25,157 nucleotides of DNA from assembly GCA_964507945.1 (NCBI GenBank), contig CAZDRD010000001.1, positions 1 through 25,157 of the forward strand, in the 5' to 3' direction. The DNA comes from an uncultured Candidatus Saccharibacteria bacterium (lineage in GTDB: Bacteria; Patescibacteriota; Minisyncoccia; Phycocordibacterales; UBA12088). This document shows positions 1 through 6,930 of the stretch, in pieces (the first letter of the stretch is position 1; every line of letters starts with the position of its first letter). The notes beneath the pieces were generated by a model that made no database searches, was not told where the DNA came from, and saw only the letters and a list, made by a program, of their open reading frames with translations. The position numbers were made by a program, and so were the translations under genes.

Positions 1-47
1 TTTCTTTCAGTCCTTCTCAAAACGTTATACTATAGCTATACGATACT

Positions 48-728
48 ATGGCGAGTTTCAGAGGACACGTGGCGGTGGGAGGCGCAACCGCGGCAACGAG
101 TGTTGCGGCGCTTTCGGCATTTACGCCGGTCACCGATATACCCACGCTCGCAAGCGTGTGCGGACTGGTGCTTGTGGGATCAGCACTCCCAGACATCGAC
201 AGTGACACAAGTATGCCGTTTTACTTGGCATTTGGCACCGCGACACTCGTTGTCTTGGCAATGGTCATACATCGTACGTTTCTTGTTACGACAGATTCCA
301 ACCAACTGATCCTCATCCCGCTTGCCACGCTCGTGTTCTTTTGGTTTATCATCGGCGGCATCGTCAAACACCTTACTCGCCATCGCGGAATGATACATTC
401 TATTCCGGCACTCTTGGTCGCCTCGCTCGGCACGGTGTATCTTGCACATACCGCCGGCTTTGATAGCCTTCACGCAACGCTGTTTGGCATAGCCATTGGT
501 CTTGGATTTTTGAGCCACCTCGTCCTGGATGAAATATACGCGGGCGTCAATATACACGGCATACCATTCATACCGAACAAAGCTTTTGGTTCAGCGCTTA
601 AGTTCGGATCCCGTTCGCACGTGGCAAACATTTTCTTTTACGCCATCACCGCGCTATTCCTTTTCCTCACATTCCCCATACTCAGCTCGTCAATCCCACT
701 CATTGCACCATACGTGTGGGGTGTATAA
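48..728 (+). CDS. YdjM-like membrane-bound metal-dependent hydrolase
   Basis: 226 aa, multiple hydrophobic segments; motifs H at N-terminus (FRGHV), SALPDIDSD, HRGMIHS, SHLVLDE typical of YdjM/DUF457 family. Confidence 0.8.
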   Translation: MASFRGHVAVGGATAATSVAALSAFTPVTDIPTLASVCGLVLVGSALPDIDSDTSMPFYLAFGTATLVVLAMVIHRTFLVTTDSNQLILIPLATLVFFWFIIGGIVKHLTRHRGMIHSIPALLVASLGTVYLAHTAGFDSLHATLFGIAIGLGFLSHLVLDEIYAGVNIHGIPFIPNKAFGSALKFGSRSHVANIFFYAITALFLFLTFPILSSSIPLIAPYVWGV

Positions 729-764
729 AGAATGCATGTTACTTTCTTGGGGGGCGGCTTTTCT

Positions 765-1271
765 TTACTTATACACCGCGATCAACTGCCGGATGATGAG
801 GTCGTCCCATGAGGTGATGTATGCCGGTTTGAAATCAAACCACACACGCATGAAGTCATCGCGATCAAGAGTGCGCAACTTCCCTATCTCGGGATCTTGC
901 ATATATATATTTTCCCCATCAAGCCCAACCACGACCGAGAGGTGGCCATCGGGAACTTCTGATTCGTCATAGTCAGTCCTTCCTCGTGTAAACCAGTTGA
1001 CGATCACGGGTATCTTTTTATCGAGCCACGCGTGAATGTCGTCAAATGAACTGTTGTTGTGAATTTCAGCCGTAAAGCCGAGTTGCTCTACTGCCTTTTT
1101 GATCCCTTCGTCGGTCGTTCCCAGATCACGGTCAGTGCCACAGAGTTGTGCCAGCTCTTCTTCGGTTTTGTCCACGCCCCAGTACGCAAGCACCATCTTT
1201 AAACTCGCCGGACCGCACATGCCGGCGTTTACTGTTTCTTGAAAAGGTTGGACGGGTAAAAGAGTGGACAT
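765..1271 (-). CDS. Stand-alone C39-like (papain-fold) cysteine peptidase
   Basis: 168 aa; FQET..MCGPASLKMVL (oxyanion Gln, catalytic Cys), GHLSVVVG (His), MQDP (Asp); no fused ABC or TM domain. Confidence 0.8.
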   Translation of the reverse strand: MSTLLPVQPFQETVNAGMCGPASLKMVLAYWGVDKTEEELAQLCGTDRDLGTTDEGIKKAVEQLGFTAEIHNNSSFDDIHAWLDKKIPVIVNWFTRGRTDYDESEVPDGHLSVVVGLDGENIYMQDPEIGKLRTLDRDDFMRVWFDFKPAYITSWDDLIIRQLIAVYK

Positions 1272-1296
1272 GGAAGGTTATAGAGTAAGTATACCG

Positions 1297-1305
1297 TGTT
1301 ATCAT
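1297..1305 (+). promoter_or_regulatory. Extended -10 promoter (TGtTATCAT), leaderless start of tspO
   Basis: TG-n-TATCAT ends 6 nt before ATG 1312; no SD. Confidence 0.55.
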
Positions 1306-1311
1306 ATTCAT

Positions 1312-1788
1312 ATGAAGCTTGCTCTCTTTTTCAAACTCATCATTGCCATCGTCATCTCCGAACTTGCCGGTATTATCGGGGCGATATTTACGACTGAAGC
1401 GATCCCCACCTGGTATGCGACACTCATAAAGCCCGCTCTCAATCCGCCAAGCTGGGTCTTCGGTCCGGTTTGGACGACACTCTACGCCCTGATGGGTATT
1501 GCCGCGTTTTTTGTATGGAAACACGGTTGGGAGCGGAAGGATGTGCGGAAAGCCCTTTCTCTTTTTGGTATTCAACTTATTCTCAACGCAATGTGGTCAA
1601 TCGTTTTCTTTGGTTTGCATAGTCCTTTTTGGGCACTCGTGAATATCGCAGCCTTGTGGCTTGCTATCGTGTGGACCATGATCCTATTTTACAAAATCTC
1701 GAAACCGGCAATGTGGCTCCTGGTGCCGTACATTCTCTGGGTGAGCTTCGCTGCGTATCTTAATTATTCGATCTGGGTACTTAACTAA
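1312..1788 (+). CDS. tspO: TspO/MBR family tryptophan-rich sensory protein
   Basis: WYATLIKPALNPPSWVFGPVWTTLYALMG and LLVPYILWVSFAAYLN motifs; start moved from GTG 1264 to ATG 1312 (158 aa) to avoid overlap with the divergent gene and fit the -10 element. Confidence 0.92.
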   Translation: MKLALFFKLIIAIVISELAGIIGAIFTTEAIPTWYATLIKPALNPPSWVFGPVWTTLYALMGIAAFFVWKHGWERKDVRKALSLFGIQLILNAMWSIVFFGLHSPFWALVNIAALWLAIVWTMILFYKISKPAMWLLVPYILWVSFAAYLNYSIWVLN

Positions 1789-1822
1789 TGATGTGCGCCC
1801 GCTCGTCAGTACGGAGCACTAC

Positions 1823-1869
1823 TTGACATTTTAAAATAAAATGATAAAGTCATTTTAGGCAAGAAGGAG
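1823..1869 (+). promoter_or_regulatory. Sigma70-type promoter plus SD for GNAT gene
   Basis: TTGACA 1823-1828, 16-nt spacer, TG-a-TAAAGT 1842-1850; AGGAG 1865-1869, 7 nt before ATG 1877. Confidence 0.65.
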
Positions 1870-1876
1870 ATGGCCA

Positions 1877-2344
1877 ATGGGTGACCTTGAAATCAGGGTT
1901 ATGAAAGAAGATGACGTAGAGAATGTTTTACGGCTCATTGTCACTGTTTGGGGTTATAGACTGCTCGAGGATGCGGAAAAAGATCTTCGGGCAATGTTCC
2001 ATTATTCTTCGACTGCCCCAGCATACACGCTCGCCGTATCAGACGGAGAGGTTGTAGGCCTCTGCGGACATGGCCCAACTTTGAGGGACTGGAATGTCCA
2101 AGCTGTGTTTTGGGTGACCGTTGCCCCGGAAAGACAAAGACAGGGTATTGGTTCCCTTCTCATGGGGAGAGTTATCCAAGATATACGTTCCGATGAAAGT
2201 GCCCGCGCAATAGAACTCACTACTCAATCTCCAGAATATTTTAAGCGCCATGGATTTAGCGCTTCCTACCAATTTTTGGGGTCAGATCCAGAAGATCCCA
2301 GACCTTATCACGTCATGTTTCTCAAAATAAATACTGGCGAATGA
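1877..2344 (+). CDS. GNAT family N-acetyltransferase
   Basis: 155 aa; motif A VTVAPERQRQGIGSLLM (Q/RxxGxG acetyl-CoA loop) and YFKRHGF. Confidence 0.8.
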   Translation: MGDLEIRVMKEDDVENVLRLIVTVWGYRLLEDAEKDLRAMFHYSSTAPAYTLAVSDGEVVGLCGHGPTLRDWNVQAVFWVTVAPERQRQGIGSLLMGRVIQDIRSDESARAIELTTQSPEYFKRHGFSASYQFLGSDPEDPRPYHVMFLKINTGE

Positions 2345-2369
2345 TTCGAACCCATTCCGCCTCTACAAT

Positions 2370-2413
2370 CGCCCAATGGAAGCCGTCGGCTCCTGCGGGC
2401 GGTTTTTGTTTTT
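2370..2413 (+). terminator. Rho-independent terminator
   Basis: CGCCC(2370-2374)/GGGCG(2397-2401) outer stem enclosing AGCC/GGCT inner stem, followed by GTTTTTGTTTTT. Confidence 0.6.
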
Positions 2414-2466
2414 ATCCATTGTTCAACAAAAATGCTTTGCTCTACATGTCACCATGAATCACAAAC

Positions 2467-2805
2467 TTACATTCCTGGCATTTCGACCCATTCCAATACT
2501 TCGATGTACCCTCCAGGCAGTGCAAAGTGCGGACTGTCCTGCATGAGCTGTGCGGCCGCTTCGTGCGACTGTGCCTGAACGACCGTGAACCCGCTGACCT
2601 CATTCCTCACGTCAGAGATGCCGTCTTTGGTGACGCGCTTGTTTTTGCCAAGCGGAGCGCCAGTGTCGGCCAGATCCGCTTTGTGCGCGTCCATCCACCG
2701 CTGCCAGTCGGCCATTCCCTGCTTTTGTTGCTCCGGCGTGGCGTTTTTCATCATCTTTTGCATCTCTTCGATGGGGGCCATGTATATTGCTACGAATTTT
2801 TTCAT
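2467..2805 (-). CDS. YCII-related (DGPF-like) domain protein
   Basis: 112 aa; MKKFVAIY N-terminus, GAPLG...V....., SGFTVVQAQSHEAA, P...GGYIEV pattern of YCII-related proteins. Confidence 0.7.
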   Translation of the reverse strand: MKKFVAIYMAPIEEMQKMMKNATPEQQKQGMADWQRWMDAHKADLADTGAPLGKNKRVTKDGISDVRNEVSGFTVVQAQSHEAAAQLMQDSPHFALPGGYIEVLEWVEMPGM

Positions 2806-2862
2806 ATGATCTTTTATTATTTTTTATACTATATATAGTATACCCTCGTAATAAAATAAATT

Positions 2863-3324
2863 ATGAAAAAGATTACCCCGCATCTATGGTTCGACAAGGA
2901 GGCAAAAGAAGCTGCCGAGTTTTACACTTCTCTGTTTCCTGATTCAAAAATTACCCATATAACTACGCTGCACAACACGCCCTCGGGAGACTGTGACGTG
3001 GTCTCCTTTGAATTGTCCGGGCAGCCATTTATGGCGATCAGCGCCGGTCCGCTTTTCACATTCAACCCGTCCGTTTCTTTTATTGTGCACTGCGACACAC
3101 AAGAGGAGATTGATTACTTTTGGGAGAAGCTTTCAGCGGTCCCTGAAGCAGAGCAATGCGGCTGGCTCAAAGACCGATACGGCCTCTCTTGGCAGATCGT
3201 CCCTACCGTTATGGATGAAATGATGCAAGACAAAGATGAAAAGAGCGTGGCGCGCGTAACGGAAGCATTCCTCAAAATGAAGAAGTTCGACATCAAGGCC
3301 TTGGAGAAGGCCGCTACGGGATAA
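2863..3324 (+). CDS. VOC/PhnB-like protein (3-demethylubiquinone-9 3-methyltransferase-like family)
   Basis: KITPHLWFDKEAKEAAEFYTSLFPDS, FNPSVSF, CGWLKDRYGLSWQIVP, MKKFDI motifs. Confidence 0.9.
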   Translation: MKKITPHLWFDKEAKEAAEFYTSLFPDSKITHITTLHNTPSGDCDVVSFELSGQPFMAISAGPLFTFNPSVSFIVHCDTQEEIDYFWEKLSAVPEAEQCGWLKDRYGLSWQIVPTVMDEMMQDKDEKSVARVTEAFLKMKKFDIKALEKAATG

Positions 3325-3337
3325 TTCACTTTTCGGT

Positions 3338-3409
3338 CCTATCCCTTTATCACATACCTTCCGCTCCCTGCAAAGCGACTACGCTTCAGGTATGTGATAA
3401 AGGGATAGG
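3338..3409. repeat. 22-bp perfect inverted repeat with 28-nt structured loop
   Basis: CCTATCCCTTTATCACATACCT (3338-3359) is the exact reverse complement of 3388-3409; loop contains AAGCG-acta-CGCTT mini-hairpin. Confidence 0.95.
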
Positions 3410-3506
3410 TGTGCACTTTTCCACAGCGACACTATTTTGCAGTAACGTACCCACCGTACGATGCTATACTGAAATCATTATTGAATAAATTTAGAACTGC
3501 TTAATT

Positions 3507-5687
3507 ATGTTATCTTATCGGTCCATTTTTTCGATCTTCATACTTTTTGTGTTATCTCTTGCGGTCGTGATACCGGCGATATCACGTGCTGCTTCCACCT
3601 GTAGTGACAGTTATTCATCATCGGTTGCCGTCCCCACCGGTTACGGTGCCGCATACAACCCCTTTTCTTCGGCAAAGGAACTCTTAGTCAAAACCACATC
3701 CTGTACTGACACCAGTGCCAGTATTACGGTGGGCAATGGCGACACTGCCCTGTATGTGTACAAGGAAGGTTACTACTGGACCGGTAGTGCATGGCAGAAG
3801 ATCAACTTCACGAGCAGTAATGCACTGGATGGTGTGTGGTATAAAGGGCAAGCCAACGCATCGGTACCCATGGCAGCAGGTAACAGTGAGCGCTTTTATG
3901 TGGGCTATACCTGCCAACAGGTCAGCAGTGTCTGGAAGTGTGGCTGCAGCAATACCACCTGTGCCACACCGGCATGGCAGTTGCAGAAGGTAAATAAGAT
4001 CTCGACTGCCGTTGATCCGACGGCAACCTTCAGCGCTAATCCGACTTCGATCACCGCATCGGGCAACTCCACCCTGACCTGGACTTCCACCAATACCACT
4101 GGTTGTACCGGCAATGGCTTTTCCACCGGCGGTAACACCTCAGGTAGCGTCACCGTCTCTCCTACCAACACGACGACCTATACGTTGACGTGTATCAATA
4201 TGGCGCAGAGCGTTACCAAGAGCGTGACCGTCACCGTCGGTTCTTCTGGCCCGGTCTGTGGCAATGGTATCTGTGAGGCTGGTGAGACCACCGCCAGCTG
4301 CTCATCGGACTGCAGGCCTGCGGGCAGTGCGAACATCATCATCAACTACGCGAGTGCGGCGAGTATGGGGACACTTAATCATGTAGCGGCAGGACTTCTG
4401 CATGGGCTTGAGGATGCACTCAGCAACAAGATCTCCCCTGCTTCGCTGTGGACCGACCTTTCTATGAACTTCCTTCGTACACGACCTGGAACAGTCGCGC
4501 GAGTATATACGGAAGACAAGCGCCTACGTGGCGGGTCGACGGATGTCGCTATGGTCATTACTCTCTCAGGCAGCTGGGGATACGCGACCAACCCGAGCGT
4601 CACGCCTCCATGGGGAAACAACTACAACGCTCCCGATTACAGCGCATGGCTTAACTATGTGGTGACGCAGGTCAATCAGATGAAAACCGCTGTTCCCGAC
4701 GCCAACAAACGCATCTATGACCTTTGGAATGAGCCGAACGGGGAATATTGGTGGAAGACACCTGCAAGTGAAGCGTCAACGTATTCACACTTCAAGGAAA
4801 TGTATCGCCTCACCTACAAATTGCTCAAAGAAGGTCTTCCCGGGTACAACGGCGGCGTTGCACTTGACCCGACTGCACGCTTCACTGCACCAGGTACGTC
4901 AGTCGGGCTCAACAACCTCAACGAGACGTTTACGACTGACTTCATGAAATATGCCAAAGACAATAACGTTGTACCTGATCTGTGGAACTGGCACTTTGGC
5001 GATCCGAAGACGCTCGAACGGTTCAATACGTACATGAACTATGCTGCGTCGATCGGTGCCGCACGCGATGCGATGGTACTCGAATACTTGCGCGAGAACG
5101 ATGGCAAGCGCCCCGGCCGTGCAGCGTATGAAATCGCATTGCTTGAGTCAGCGACGCATGCAGGTTCTGGTAAAAAAATCATCGGCGCTACGGATGCAGA
5201 CTGGCCTTCGACTGGCGAGGCAGGAAACGGCTTATTCTACAGCGGCGGTACCTGGCGCAAGCATGGCATATGGTACATCTTTGCCAACTACGCCAAAATG
5301 AGCGGAGCGGAAGCACCTTTTACCAGCGTCACCACATCGCCTAAGATCGGTGCAGTCGCTTCCATCAACTCCAGCAGTCAAAAAGCATGGGCGCTCTTAG
5401 GCAACGACGTCTTCGATCAACGGTGGAGCCCCAGTGACACCGCAACCGTCGGCAATACGACCATCCGCCTTGACGGTATCCGTTCCGCAGATTCAAGTAA
5501 CAAAGTCAATGTGACGGTCAGTCGTATCCCCTACAAAAATTTCGGTGAAGTGAACGACAGCGACATCACGAAGGTGATCAACAACGCGGAGTACACCGTA
5601 ACGGACAATAGTATTTCGGTGGCTATTCCGTGGGGACTAGGCGTGGATGGATATTTCATGGAAGTGAGTAACGTCATCCCCCGTTAG
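3507..5687 (+). CDS. Secreted modular protein: Cys-containing N-terminal domain, Ig/PKD-like repeat, Cys-rich motif, GH39-like (clan GH-A) glycoside hydrolase domain
   Basis: Signal peptide (hydrophobic stretch to ISRA); TATFSANPTSIT..STLTWTS Ig-like unit; CGNGICEAGETTASCSSDC; WNEPN (E409 acid/base) and VLEY (E526 candidate nucleophile); C-terminal beta-sandwich-like region. Confidence 0.7.
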   Translation: MLSYRSIFSIFILFVLSLAVVIPAISRAASTCSDSYSSSVAVPTGYGAAYNPFSSAKELLVKTTSCTDTSASITVGNGDTALYVYKEGYYWTGSAWQKINFTSSNALDGVWYKGQANASVPMAAGNSERFYVGYTCQQVSSVWKCGCSNTTCATPAWQLQKVNKISTAVDPTATFSANPTSITASGNSTLTWTSTNTTGCTGNGFSTGGNTSGSVTVSPTNTTTYTLTCINMAQSVTKSVTVTVGSSGPVCGNGICEAGETTASCSSDCRPAGSANIIINYASAASMGTLNHVAAGLLHGLEDALSNKISPASLWTDLSMNFLRTRPGTVARVYTEDKRLRGGSTDVAMVITLSGSWGYATNPSVTPPWGNNYNAPDYSAWLNYVVTQVNQMKTAVPDANKRIYDLWNEPNGEYWWKTPASEASTYSHFKEMYRLTYKLLKEGLPGYNGGVALDPTARFTAPGTSVGLNNLNETFTTDFMKYAKDNNVVPDLWNWHFGDPKTLERFNTYMNYAASIGAARDAMVLEYLRENDGKRPGRAAYEIALLESATHAGSGKKIIGATDADWPSTGEAGNGLFYSGGTWRKHGIWYIFANYAKMSGAEAPFTSVTTSPKIGAVASINSSSQKAWALLGNDVFDQRWSPSDTATVGNTTIRLDGIRSADSSNKVNVTVSRIPYKNFGEVNDSDITKVINNAEYTVTDNSISVAIPWGLGVDGYFMEVSNVIPR

Positions 5688-5706
5688 TCGGATAGCTTCC
5701 CTGTTC

Positions 5707-5740
5707 ACAACAGCTCCCCTTGGGGGAGCTGTTGTTGTTT
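5707..5740. terminator. Bidirectional intrinsic terminator between convergent genes
   Basis: 13-bp perfect stem ACAACAGCTCCCC / GGGGAGCTGTTGT with TTG loop, T-rich 3' flank. Confidence 0.8.
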
Positions 5741-5752
5741 GTATGGCGATTA

Positions 5753-6199
5753 TTATTTCTTCTCTGCTTTTTTCTCCTGACATTTGGGACAACGGCAGCC
5801 ATATGGCTTTATGTGTTCATCCCAATACTCACGGCCATAATCATACGAAAGCTCTTCACCTTCTTTGATAGCACGTCGCGACAAGATAAATACCCTGCCC
5901 TGGTGAATTTCCGGTTCGCAGTTGGGCCTGCACGAATGATTGATGTACCGCGCGGTATTGGTACGTGCCGTACCGTCTATCGTTTTGCGCGCATTGATCT
6001 CGAAAAGATATTTGCTGCGGCTGGTATGATGTTCCTCTTTGGAAATGACCCGACCGACATACTCGATGATGCACGCTCCTTTGGGTATGGGCTCGCCCGC
6101 AAAGAGTCCCAGGCCCGCGCTTGAACGTTTTACCAAAAGACGATACCCGCCCGGTTCGAATTTCTTTTTTCTTGTTTTTGTTACTGTTTTTTCTTTCAT
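5753..6199 (-). CDS. SET domain protein-lysine N-methyltransferase
   Basis: GLGLFA (motif I), IIEYVG, RYINHSCRPN (motif III), ELSYDYG (motif IV), post-SET CRCPKC. Confidence 0.93.
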   Translation of the reverse strand: MKEKTVTKTRKKKFEPGGYRLLVKRSSAGLGLFAGEPIPKGACIIEYVGRVISKEEHHTSRSKYLFEINARKTIDGTARTNTARYINHSCRPNCEPEIHQGRVFILSRRAIKEGEELSYDYGREYWDEHIKPYGCRCPKCQEKKAEKK

Positions 6200-6254
6200 A
6201 AAAAAATATAGTACCCTACAATGCCTTGCGACACCAGTATGTTATGCTCTAGAG

Positions 6255-6878
6255 ATGTGGGGACTTACCGCAGCAGAACTCCGCGTGTTCAGAAAATTGA
6301 CGACACCGATCAAGATACAAGATTTTCTCGACACATTTCCCATCAATTGGGAGAAGGATGGCGAGACGTATTTTTCGCCGCGAAAGGTGCTGCGGGAACA
6401 AAAGATGCATTGTTTTGAAGGCGCACTTCTTGCCGCCACGGCACTGTGGCTTTCGAACAAGCCGCCGCTTATCCTCGACCTCAAGGCGCCTGGCGACATC
6501 GATCATGTCGTCACGCTTTACAAAATGAACGGCTATTGGGGCGCGATCAGCAAGACCAACCATGCCGTGCTTCGCTTTCGCGATCCGGTATACAAGACCC
6601 TGCGCGAACTTGCCCTCTCATACTTTCATGAGTATTTCGACAATGCGACGGGCAAAAAGATGCTGCGTTCGTATTCGAAACCTCTCAACCTCAAACGGTT
6701 CGGGACGGCATGGATCACTGCCGAAGAAGACTTGGATTTCTTGGCCGAAGCGCTCGATGCATCTACGCATTTTCAAATTTTTCCCAAGGAAAACAGAAGG
6801 TATGTGCGAAAAGCCGACTCGATGGAGCGGCGAGCCGGAGAACTCATCGAATGGCACGAGCGTGATCCACGAACGTAA
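6255..6878 (+). CDS. Vasohibin-like / transglutaminase-fold cysteine protease (putative)
   Basis: 207 aa from ATG 6255 (extended -10 TGtTATGCT 6 nt upstream; the 6039 start overlaps the SET gene); HCFEGALLA (C53), DHVV (H84), WGAISKTN..L..RDPVYKTLRELALSY resemble the vasohibin core recalled from memory. Confidence 0.65.
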   Translation: MWGLTAAELRVFRKLTTPIKIQDFLDTFPINWEKDGETYFSPRKVLREQKMHCFEGALLAATALWLSNKPPLILDLKAPGDIDHVVTLYKMNGYWGAISKTNHAVLRFRDPVYKTLRELALSYFHEYFDNATGKKMLRSYSKPLNLKRFGTAWITAEEDLDFLAEALDASTHFQIFPKENRRYVRKADSMERRAGELIEWHERDPRT

Positions 6879-6930
6879 CATCGTGGTATTGTATCCGATT
6901 TTTTTGTAGAATAGTGGTACGTATCCGCAC

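Noticed and set aside
1779-1822. ACTTAAC (RYYYAAC) at the tspO stop followed by a weak hairpin, as a possible integron attC
   Set aside because: No matching GTTRRRY at a suitable distance, no L boxes, no integrase in the window
2336-2367. Intact tRNA gene
   Set aside because: Only a T-loop-like piece; no D or anticodon arm and it overlaps coding sequence; kept only as a possible remnant
3590-4330. Apparent codon-usage shift (ACC/CAG/AAG-rich) in the N-terminal part of the GH39-like gene suggesting a mosaic origin
   Set aside because: Confounded by Thr/Ser/Gly-rich composition and counter-examples (AAA, CAA) are present; cannot be supported without a computed codon analysis
5720-6124. 134-aa plus-strand ORF with a hydrophobic N-terminus
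   Set aside because: Antisense shadow of the SET gene; starts inside the terminator hairpin; no motifs
6039-6254. 72-aa N-terminal extension of the vasohibin-like ORF
   Set aside because: Overlaps the SET gene on the opposite strand; the extended -10 points to ATG 6255
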